A stretch of 32,000 nucleotides of DNA from Pseudoalteromonas tetraodonis (GTDB lineage: Bacteria > Pseudomonadota > Gammaproteobacteria > Enterobacterales > Alteromonadaceae): contig NZ_CP011041.1 in assembly GCF_002310835.1 (NCBI RefSeq), positions 1,530,001 through 1,562,000 on the forward strand, given 5' to 3'. The notes below the pieces were generated by a model. It was given only the letters and a program-made list of their open reading frames with translations. It did not search any database and was not told where the DNA came from. The position numbers and the translations under genes are program-made. Below, piece after piece: positions 7,712 to 17,141 of the stretch. The number at the start of each line of letters is the position of its first letter. The stretch's first letter is position 1.

Positions 7712-10147
7712 ATGAAAAAAATGCTACTCTCGCTCTCAGTTGCAGCTGCATTAGCAGGCTGTGGCGGCGGAGAAACGTTAGAAGATGTTAAAAACGATTC
7801 AGTTACAGTTATTCCAAAAGCTACGGTAAAATTTGACCCTGCAAATGGTGTAATTTCGGTTCCTAATGATTTATTGATGAGCGGTACGCGCGATGGCACA
7901 TTAAACATTCCTGGTGAGCTAAATGACGAAAATGTTTCTATCCCTCGCGCTGCGTATGCAGATCCGCAACTTGCACTAGGGGCACTTGATGGCTGGTCTA
8001 CGCAAGTTCCTTTTAAAATAGATTTAACGTTTCCACCGGGCATTAGTCTAGATGAAACGTCTGCAGCTTCACCAGGCTCAGTACGTATTTTTGAAGTGAT
8101 CATGGGTGCAAGCCTAACAGATGCCGAATGCTCACAAGCACCAGCCGGTGCTGCATGTAAATTAGTGGGCGAATTAACCTTTGGTGTCGACTTTGTTACA
8201 CAAGGCTCTGGAGACGCGGTTGCTATTATTCCACTTAAGCCATTTAAGGCCGGTAGCTCATACATTAACGTATTAACGACGGGGCTTAAAGATTCAGAAG
8301 GTCGTTCAATTGAGCCATCATCAACATATGCGACTGTTAAACAAGAAGCGCCGTTAGTAACGCCATCACAACTTGCGCTGCAAGGGGCTGTTAACAGCTA
8401 CGAAAACGTAGTGGTAAGCTCAGGAAATATCACCAAAGACGATATTATTTACTCAGCTGCCATGACAATGCAATCAGCAGGTCCTGTGCTTGGCACAATC
8501 AAAAAGATTTTAGCAGCAAGCTTAACAGAGCCAACAATTCCAACGCCTGCGTTGCAAATTCCAACACAGCCTATGGCTAATGTACAACAAGCGTTTGCAA
8601 TACAAGGTGTAACGGTGCCTGACGTATTCCAAGTAGCACAGTACCAAAAGGGCAGTATTCAGTTACCTATGTATTTAGGTACGCCGAAGGGTAAAGAAAT
8701 CAGTGATTTAAATGATACTTACTGGCAAGGTATGTGTGATAACGCAGTGGCTATCATGGGTTATAAAGCGCAAGCGGGTGAAGCGTTCCCAACTGATCCT
8801 ATTAGCGTTAACGATGCAACATGTGCAGCGTTAAGTGATGGACAGCTTCGTGATTTAGGTTTAGATAGCACGCGTCATTTAACCAAGTATAATGTTATTC
8901 CTAAAATGCAAAGTATGGCGACTGTGCCAGTACAAATTACTAAGCCTATTTTACCGGTTGTGAATGCATACCGTGCAGGCTTAGGTTTAGAGCCTTTTGC
9001 TGCTATGCCAGAAAATGGCTGGCCAGTAGTTATTATGCAACACGGTATTACCACACAAAAAGAAAGCATGTTGACACTAACAGCACAGCTTTCACTTCAA
9101 GGCTTTGCAACGGTTGCAATTGACCATCCTCGTCATGGCGAGCGTGGAATAGATGTTGATGTTGATGGCACAGATGACTTTAACGCAACATCAGGCTCTG
9201 TACTTAGTTACATGAACCTAAGCTCGTTATTGGTCGCCAGAGACAGCTTACGCCAGTCAAGTGCCGACTTACTTGGTTTACGTTTAGGCTTAAACTTCAG
9301 TGGTGATAGTTCACTCAATTCTAGAGATGTATCTTATATTGGCCATTCACTGGGCTCAATTGTAGCGCCTGCATTTATTGCACAAGCGAATAGCCCATTG
9401 GCTGATCAAGTAGACCCATTCTTTAAAGTTAATGCTGTTGCATTGGCAAGTGGCGGTGGCGGTATTGCTAGCTTCTTATTAGAGTCAGCCGCGTTTGGTC
9501 CATTTATTCAAGGCTCTGTACTTTCTCAAGCTGGAACTGCTGAAGCTGACGAGTTTAATGCATTCTTAAATGCTGGTGCGTTATCAAACTGTGGTGCCTT
9601 GTTACCAGACATGCAGGACTTCTTAAGCTGTGGCTTTAATGAATTTGCAGCATCGCTAACTATGGCGGGAGAAGCTGATAAACTGGCTAACATCAAGGGT
9701 GTGATGACGCAGTTTGTATTTGCAGCACAAACTGCATTAGATAGCGGCGATCCGACTAACTACGCAGCAACGGTTAAAGCACTAGAAACACCTGTGTATA
9801 TGAATGTTGTTGTTGGTGATGGCACTGATAGTAACAAGCCAGACCAAGTTATTCCGCCGATGACTGCTAACAATCCAATTGCAGGTACACTGCCTCTAGC
9901 TAACTTTATGGGGTTAGAAACAGTGAGTACAACTCAAGCACCAACAGAGATGGGCGCTAGCTATTTAGTTAAATTTAACACAGGTCATCATGGCTCGGTA
10001 TTGACACCGGCGCAAGATGAAAGACAGTCGTCTACAGCAGCGGGCAGCGCAGCAGCTAATGCAGAAATGCAATTGCAAATTGCAACTTATCTAGCATCGC
10101 GTGGACGTTTATTATCTGTATCAGATACTGATATTGTGACTAATTAA
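7712..10147 (+). CDS. extracellular lipase/phospholipase lipoprotein, VolA/Pla-1/cef-like (bacterial virulence-factor lipase N-terminal domain plus alpha/beta hydrolase)
   Basis: 811 aa with GGAGA Shine-Dalgarno. Lipobox LAGC|GGG. N-terminal VKFDPANGVISVPNDLLM is typical of the Lipase_bact_N family. Nucleophile elbow YIGHSLGS, with candidate SGDPTN (Asp) and NTGHHGS (His). Confidence 0.75.
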   Translation: MKKMLLSLSVAAALAGCGGGETLEDVKNDSVTVIPKATVKFDPANGVISVPNDLLMSGTRDGTLNIPGELNDENVSIPRAAYADPQLALGALDGWSTQVPFKIDLTFPPGISLDETSAASPGSVRIFEVIMGASLTDAECSQAPAGAACKLVGELTFGVDFVTQGSGDAVAIIPLKPFKAGSSYINVLTTGLKDSEGRSIEPSSTYATVKQEAPLVTPSQLALQGAVNSYENVVVSSGNITKDDIIYSAAMTMQSAGPVLGTIKKILAASLTEPTIPTPALQIPTQPMANVQQAFAIQGVTVPDVFQVAQYQKGSIQLPMYLGTPKGKEISDLNDTYWQGMCDNAVAIMGYKAQAGEAFPTDPISVNDATCAALSDGQLRDLGLDSTRHLTKYNVIPKMQSMATVPVQITKPILPVVNAYRAGLGLEPFAAMPENGWPVVIMQHGITTQKESMLTLTAQLSLQGFATVAIDHPRHGERGIDVDVDGTDDFNATSGSVLSYMNLSSLLVARDSLRQSSADLLGLRLGLNFSGDSSLNSRDVSYIGHSLGSIVAPAFIAQANSPLADQVDPFFKVNAVALASGGGGIASFLLESAAFGPFIQGSVLSQAGTAEADEFNAFLNAGALSNCGALLPDMQDFLSCGFNEFAASLTMAGEADKLANIKGVMTQFVFAAQTALDSGDPTNYAATVKALETPVYMNVVVGDGTDSNKPDQVIPPMTANNPIAGTLPLANFMGLETVSTTQAPTEMGASYLVKFNTGHHGSVLTPAQDERQSSTAAGSAAANAEMQLQIATYLASRGRLLSVSDTDIVTN

Positions 10148-10172
10148 TAATCAACCACTCAATTAAGTCTAA

Positions 10173-10199
10173 AAAGCCACTGTATAGTGGCTTTTTTTT
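10173..10199 (+). terminator. rho-independent terminator
   Basis: gccact-gtat-agtggc hairpin preceded by A5 and followed by T8, 26 nt after the stop at 10147. Confidence 0.75.
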
Positions 10200-10247
10200 A
10201 TTTTAAAGCATGCTAAATTGGCTGAAATTTATAAACGGAGAACACAG

Positions 10248-11264
10248 TTGGAATTTTTATACGAGTACGGCTTATTTTTTGCAAAAACCATTACCTTTGT
10301 TATTGCTATTGCTGTGATTTTAACCTTAATTGTAAGCTCGGCTGTTAAGCCAAAAGCGAAAAAAGGTGAGATTGAAATTGATGACCTATCAGAGCAGCTG
10401 ACCAATATAAAAGAAAGCTTTTTAAATAATACGCTAGGTAAAAAAGAGTTAAAAGCCTATCAAAAACAACAAAAAGCAGAGCAAAAAAAAGCGGACAAAG
10501 AAGCGCCTAAATCACGACTCTATGTTATTGACTTTAATGGCAGTATGGACGCACATGAAGTAGAAAGCTTGCGCGAAGAAGTGACCGCGATAATTTCGAT
10601 AGCGGATGCAAAAAAAGATAAAGTGTTAGTTCGCCTTGAAAGTGGTGGTGGTGTGGTACATGGCTATGGTTTAGCCGCATCACAATTACAACGTTTAAAG
10701 TCAGCCGGTATTGAGTTGACTGTATCAATAGATAAAGTCGCCGCCAGTGGTGGTTACATGATGGCTTGTGTGGCTGATCATATTATTGCAGCACCGTTTG
10801 CAATTGTTGGCTCTATTGGTGTTATTGCACAAATTCCAAATTTTAATAAAATTTTAAAGAAAAATGATGTCGAGTTTGAGCAAATTACGGCGGGTGAATT
10901 TAAACGCACGTTAACTTTATTTGGTGAAAATACCGATAAAGCTCGTGAAAAGTTCCGCGAAGAGATAGAGCAAACTCATGTATTGTTTAAAACTTTTGTG
11001 AGCACTCAGCGCCCAAGTTTAAATATGGATTTAGTGGCAACGGGTGAACATTGGTTTGCAACCCAAGCAATTGAAAAAGGGTTAGTCGATACTATTAAAA
11101 CCAGCGATGATGCGTTGTTAGAGCAACAACAGCAATATCAAATTTATAAAGTGCAATACAAGATTAAAAAAGGATTAAGTGACAAGCTGGCAATGGGTTT
11201 GAGCCATGGTGTGAATAAAGCGGGTGTAAGTTTAATGTCAAAGTTTAAGGCGTTAAACCCTTAA
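10248..11264 (+). CDS. sohB: inner-membrane S49 peptidase SohB
   Basis: TTG start at 10248 with GGAG 7 nt upstream. This gives LEFLYEYGLFFAKTITFVIAI, like the E. coli SohB N-terminus. The track start 10218 is also a TTG but has no Shine-Dalgarno. ClpP/S49 fold with VAASGGYMMA (catalytic Ser). Confidence 0.85.
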   Translation: MEFLYEYGLFFAKTITFVIAIAVILTLIVSSAVKPKAKKGEIEIDDLSEQLTNIKESFLNNTLGKKELKAYQKQQKAEQKKADKEAPKSRLYVIDFNGSMDAHEVESLREEVTAIISIADAKKDKVLVRLESGGGVVHGYGLAASQLQRLKSAGIELTVSIDKVAASGGYMMACVADHIIAAPFAIVGSIGVIAQIPNFNKILKKNDVEFEQITAGEFKRTLTLFGENTDKAREKFREEIEQTHVLFKTFVSTQRPSLNMDLVATGEHWFATQAIEKGLVDTIKTSDDALLEQQQQYQIYKVQYKIKKGLSDKLAMGLSHGVNKAGVSLMSKFKALNP

Positions 11265-11290
11265 TAATTTAATCACTTAAACCCAACAAA

Positions 11291-11329
11291 AAAGCCTTGT
11301 TACTTAACGAAGTAGCAAGGCTTTTTTTA
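11291..11329. terminator. hairpin terminator between convergent sohB and the (original) transporter 3' end
   Basis: gccttgttactt-aacg-aagtagcaaggc long hairpin (one G-U pair), A-run 5' and T7 3'. Confidence 0.7.
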
Positions 11330-11347
11330 TGACTATTGTCAGAAATA

Positions 11348-11426
11348 CTAATCAATAGATTTGTGGTAGTCCTCTAAATCTTTTGCTGCATTTGGGTCGT
11401 TAAAGATACTTTCATCTAGTTCACCT
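11348..11426 (-). pseudogene. orphaned 3' end (last 25 codons plus stop) of the DAACS transporter gene, severed by the IS
   Basis: Minus strand reads a-GGT GAA CTA GAT...TCT ATT GAT TAG = GELDESIFNDPNAAKDLEDYHKSID*. It joins in frame to ...CVVAKSE at 12736 once the IS and one copy of the CCT duplication are removed. Confidence 0.75.
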
Positions 11427-11452
11427 TGAATCGCCCCGAGTTCATCGGAGAC
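11427..11452. repeat. IS terminal inverted repeat (orfB-proximal, IRR)
   Basis: TGAATCGCCCCGAGTTCATCGGAGAC, compared with the reverse complement of 12710-12735, TGAATCGCCCCGTGTTTGCCAGAGAC. The first 12 nt are identical. Confidence 0.75.
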
Positions 11453-11465
11453 CAGTTTGTTTAAG

Positions 11466-12685
<1,220 letters not shown>

Positions 12686-12709
12686 AGTTCCAGTTTCTCA
12701 AGTTATTGA

Positions 12710-12735
12710 GTCTCTGGCAAACACGGGGCGATTCA
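12710..12735. repeat. IS terminal inverted repeat (orfA-proximal, IRL)
   Basis: See the partner repeat at 11427-11452. Confidence 0.75.
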
Positions 12736-14176
12736 CCTTCGCTTTTAGCGACGACACACGTAACCATACAGTCACCCGTTACGTTTACTGCTGTACGGGT
12801 CATATCAAGCAATCTGTCTACACCAATAATAATGGCGATGCCCTCAACAGGTAAGCCAACTTGGTTAAGTACCATGGCTAGCATAATTAAACCAACACCA
12901 GGTACACCCGCCGTACCAACAGAGGCAAGCGTTGCAGTTAGTATCACCATTAAGTAATCAGAAATAGTTAAGTCAACACTAAATACCTGAGCGATAAATA
13001 CCGTAGCCACACCTTGCATAATTGCGGTGCCATCCATGTTAATGGTTGCACCAAGCGGAATAGTAAACGAAGCGACCGAATTATTAGCGCCAAGCTTTTT
13101 AGTTGCCGTTTCAAGTGTAATAGGCATAGTCGCGCTTGAACTTGAGGTACTAAAAGCAAATAAACAAGTGTGCTTCATTTTAGCCAAGAAAGTGAGCGGG
13201 TTTAGACCCGTGAGTATTTTTAGCAGTAGGGTGTAGTTTACAAATGCGTGTAGTAATAAGGCTAATACAACCACGCCAAAGTACTTAGCTAAACTCACAA
13301 TTAAGTTTAGTTCAATGGTAGTGAACAATTTAGCCATTAAGAAAAATACGCCGTAAGGGGCAATGTTCATTAGCAAAGTAACCAGTTTTAAGATAACGGT
13401 GTTTAAGTCTTCAAATACAGTAGCGACACGTTTACCTGCTTTTCCGCTAAGTGCCATTGCAATACCGAATAATAGAGCAAACACAATTACTTGTAACATG
13501 TTGCCCTTTGCCATTGCTTCAAAAGGGTTGGTAGGGAACATATCAATAATTACGCGAGCTAAAGTAGGCGCTTCTTTGGCATCATAACTTGCTTGAGAGG
13601 GTAACCCAATGCCTTCACCTGGGTTAAATAGTAACGCTAAGGTAATCGCGACTGTAATCGCTATTGCCGTTGTAACTAAGTATAAACCAATTGATTTACC
13701 GCCTAAACGGCCTAGTTTCTTCGGATCGCTTAAACTGCAGGTACCACATACCAGCGATACAAATACTAAAGGCACAACCAGCATTTTCAAACTGGCTATA
13801 AATATTTGCCCACCTACATGGAAAAGGCCATCAACAAAAAAGGCTTTAATTGGCAAAGAGAATAACCCAAGAGGAATTAGGTAATCGTCTTCACCAGCTA
13901 ATATAGCCTGAAATATAAAGCCTACTGCAACACCAAGCACCATACCAATCATGATGCGAGTAGTTAAACTCATTGAACGGATTTTAGACATATTTCCAAT
14001 CTATTTTTTATAAATTTGGCATAGACTAACAGCATGTAATTTTTTTTACAGAAAAAACGTCAACTTTTTAAAAATTTTTATCAAAAAAAGGAGTAAAAAA
14101 CTGAGATTTTAGACTAAGTTATAGGTTAACATTAAGTAAATAAGTTTAACTTAGTAATAGCGCAACGGAGAAACCT

Positions 14177-16888
14177 ATGCCTTTAACTCGTTTGCTCAGC
14201 ATTATATGGCTCAGCACATTACTCATAGCCTGTGGCGGTGGTGGCTCACTGGAAAAAGAAAGTGGAACCGTTGGTGGTGATACTGGAGGCACCGGTGGAG
14301 ACGTTGTCGAACAAGCAATTCAAGTTGAACTTGATTTTGAAGATAGAATTGTTACTGCTGATAACCCGCTAGAGGTGGTTGCAACGGTAACCGGAAGTGA
14401 TGGTCAACCTGTTGTGCGTCAAGAGGTAAGCTTTACCACAACACTGGGTTCTTTTATACCGGCTACAGGTAGCGCTTTAACAAATTCCAGCGGTGTTGCA
14501 ACTATCGAGCTTAGCGCGGGTAGTGTTGAAGGAGCAGGAACCATTGTTGCAAGTTACGAAGATGCCACAAGTAAACTTGGCTTTTACACGGCAGGTGATG
14601 AGCCTCAATCGAATGACTCAACCGCAAATATTGACATTAAAATTTTACAAAACTGCCCTGATAGCTGGTTAAATATAGACAGAGATTCTATAGAGCTTGA
14701 TCCATCTGAATGTTCTCAAAATAGTAATTTACTCGGGCAACAAGCTATTGTATACGCAAAAATCACCAAACCTGGCAGTAATACGCCAGCAAGTAATGTA
14801 CTTGTTCAAGCGACAACAACGCTAGGTATTTTATTACCTGAAAGCTTAACGGCTAAAACGGATGCGTTTGGTGTTGCTATTTTGAATTTATTGCCTGGCA
14901 GCAGCTCAGGTGTTGGCCAAGTTGAGTTAACCGCTCAGGGCGGCGTTGCGAGTGCTTTATTTGAAATTAACGCTGTTCAAGTAAATGTCAATTTAAGCGC
15001 GGGTATTGCAACTGGTGATGTGTTGTCTGCAGGTTCTACTACTATTATTACCGCTCAGATTGTAGATGGCAGCAATAACTTATTCACCACTCCACTTGAA
15101 GTACAATTTAACTCGGCATGTGCAGAAGAATCTACTCCTAGAGCCACTATCGATAGTGTGGTAACTAGCATTGGCGGCACGGCAAGCGCAACTTATAAAG
15201 CGGATGGTTGTAATGGTATAGATACGATTACAGCAACCGTGGTTACCGGTGGCAACGTTGCCACTAAAACAATTAATATTAATGTAGCTGCCGCTCAAAC
15301 GGGTTCAATCGCGTTTATGGGTGTGACCAATCAAGTGTTAGCTATTAAAGGAGCTGGCGGTCAGACTCTCACTGAAAACTCAGAGCTTACCTTTAAACTT
15401 TTAGATATTAATGGTAACCCTGTTGGTCAAAAGCAGATTGATTTTGCTCTTTCGCAAAACCCCGGCGGCGCGTTGCTAGACAGTGCATTTCAGTTTACCA
15501 ATAACGAAGGTTTAGTAACTGTAAATGTCCGCTCAGGAAGAGCCGCAGGAGTTTTATCTGTTATTGCATCACATCAAGTTGTGAGTGGCGATACATCACA
15601 AAATAATGTGATTTCTATTGTGTCAAATGACATAACCATTACCACTGGTGTGCCAGATCAAGACAGTTTTACGCTTGCAGTGCAAACATTTAATACCGAG
15701 TCATTAAATGAAGCCGGGGTGACAACAGACTTAACTGTATTTGCAGCCGATCACTTTAATAATTTTGTTCCTGATAACACGGCAATTTATATAGCCAGCG
15801 AAGGTGGTGCAGTAGGCACAATAGATGATCAACAATTTACACCTTTATTACTTTGTCGCACCATAGATGGTGTGTGTAAAGCGCAGTGGCGTAGCCAAAA
15901 CCCAATTCCTTATCATTACAGCATTTATAAAAACTCTGTGGCTGATAAGTGTGACCGTTACTTTGGTCAAGCAGCACCTTGTACATTAGGTATCAGAGAG
16001 TCACAACTAGACACAAACGGCAATCTACTTACCTATCTTGATAGTAGTGGTAACCCGATATCACTTGCGGATGCGCCAAGTAATGCGCCAATAGATTATC
16101 CATTAGGTGGTCGTGTAAGCTTGCTAGCATACTCAGTGGGTGAAGAATCATTTAATGATGTATCTGCTAACGGTGAATTTAATCAAAACGAGTTTGATTC
16201 TACATTACAAGATTTACCTGAAGCATTTATAGATTTTAATGAAAACGGTATTTTTGACGGAAATTTACCCGCACCTGCGAACCCTGTAAATTCTAATGGC
16301 GGTGAGGATGAGTGGTATGTGGAGCGCTCTGGTGCACTAAATAATGGTCAGTTTGATTCCGGCGATGGCATTTACAATGGCTTGTTATGTAGTGACGAGG
16401 CGCTTGCTGCAAATGCATGTACGCGTGAAACAGTAAATGTACGCGATCGTTCAGAGTTAGTGATGTCTGGAAGTATACCTTACATTAGAGCTGTAACGGC
16501 TTTAGATGACTGTAGTTTAAGTGATGGTATTCGCTTAGAAGCTTCCGATATGGCGGGTATGTGTGACATAAACCTTATTGATATTAGCAATTCCACACCT
16601 TACAGCGCGATTTCAGTGACTATCTTCTTCAGTGATATTCATAATAATCCATTGCCTGCAGGTACTACAGTTACTGTCACTGCCGACAATGGTGTGTTAA
16701 GAGGGTTAACAGATTACACCGTTGTGAATACTGCTCAACAAGTGCCTATCTCTGTTTCAGTAAATATTACAAAAGAGGCTGAGCCAAATGATGTTGATTC
16801 TGGCTTTTTATACATCGAATTTGTGACCCCTGGTGGAGTGAAAACTCAATATACCGTGATGTCGATTTTAGACGAGCCTAAGGTTTAA
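14177..16888 (+). CDS. large surface lipoprotein with N-terminal bacterial Ig-like (BIG1/invasin-type) repeats and an uncharacterised Cys-paired C-terminal half
   Basis: 903 aa with GGAGA Shine-Dalgarno. Lipobox LLIAC|GGGG followed by a Gly/Thr linker. It has at least 4 repeats of the pattern 'ATVTGSDGQPVVRQEVSFTTTLG...SSGVATIELSAGSVEGAGTIVA'. The C-terminal ~400 aa carry paired Cys and D/N-x-D/N-x-N-G loops. Confidence 0.75.
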   Translation: MPLTRLLSIIWLSTLLIACGGGGSLEKESGTVGGDTGGTGGDVVEQAIQVELDFEDRIVTADNPLEVVATVTGSDGQPVVRQEVSFTTTLGSFIPATGSALTNSSGVATIELSAGSVEGAGTIVASYEDATSKLGFYTAGDEPQSNDSTANIDIKILQNCPDSWLNIDRDSIELDPSECSQNSNLLGQQAIVYAKITKPGSNTPASNVLVQATTTLGILLPESLTAKTDAFGVAILNLLPGSSSGVGQVELTAQGGVASALFEINAVQVNVNLSAGIATGDVLSAGSTTIITAQIVDGSNNLFTTPLEVQFNSACAEESTPRATIDSVVTSIGGTASATYKADGCNGIDTITATVVTGGNVATKTININVAAAQTGSIAFMGVTNQVLAIKGAGGQTLTENSELTFKLLDINGNPVGQKQIDFALSQNPGGALLDSAFQFTNNEGLVTVNVRSGRAAGVLSVIASHQVVSGDTSQNNVISIVSNDITITTGVPDQDSFTLAVQTFNTESLNEAGVTTDLTVFAADHFNNFVPDNTAIYIASEGGAVGTIDDQQFTPLLLCRTIDGVCKAQWRSQNPIPYHYSIYKNSVADKCDRYFGQAAPCTLGIRESQLDTNGNLLTYLDSSGNPISLADAPSNAPIDYPLGGRVSLLAYSVGEESFNDVSANGEFNQNEFDSTLQDLPEAFIDFNENGIFDGNLPAPANPVNSNGGEDEWYVERSGALNNGQFDSGDGIYNGLLCSDEALAANACTRETVNVRDRSELVMSGSIPYIRAVTALDDCSLSDGIRLEASDMAGMCDINLIDISNSTPYSAISVTIFFSDIHNNPLPAGTTVTVTADNGVLRGLTDYTVVNTAQQVPISVSVNITKEAEPNDVDSGFLYIEFVTPGGVKTQYTVMSILDEPKV

Positions 16889-16907
16889 AATTAATAAAGC
16901 ATAGAAA

Positions 16908-16938
16908 ATGCCAACCAATAAGGTTGGCATTTTTGTTT
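16908..16938 (+). terminator. rho-independent terminator
   Basis: atgccaacc-aataa-ggttggcat hairpin (9-bp stem) followed by TTTTTGTTT. Confidence 0.75.
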
Positions 16939-17141
16939 CTATTCTATATATTCCACATCAATTATTCAAAAAGCACTGGTTTGATTAAATTTACAACAGA
17001 AATTGTTTGTTTATTCAGTAAATACTGAAAAGTTTGTATTAAAAGCTTGTAAGAACTAGTGTTTGTAGATATACCTATAAATATTCGCGCCGCATGAGTC
17101 GGCTAAACACATTTAAAAAACTAGGTTAGAAATAGGCAACT

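Noticed and set aside
7681-8265. 194-aa minus-strand ORF antisense to the lipase gene.
   Set aside because: It is embedded opposite a strong CDS. Its low-complexity Ser/Pro/Ala composition gives no independent support.
11420-11426. A possible 7-bp target duplication TTCACCT (also at 12732-12738) instead of the 3-bp CCT.
   Set aside because: The extra TTCA on the right is the IS terminus itself (…CGATTCA, needed for the TG/CA inverted repeat). The target happened to contain TGAA next to the insertion point. A 3-bp TSD is the IS3-family norm.
12706-13884. Several 60-90-aa plus- and minus-strand ORFs inside the transporter gene (12706-12957, 12968-13159, 13027-13236, 13363-13587, 13609-13884), plus 12333-12518 inside the IS.
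   Set aside because: All overlap well-supported CDSs in other frames, and none has a recognisable motif or Shine-Dalgarno.
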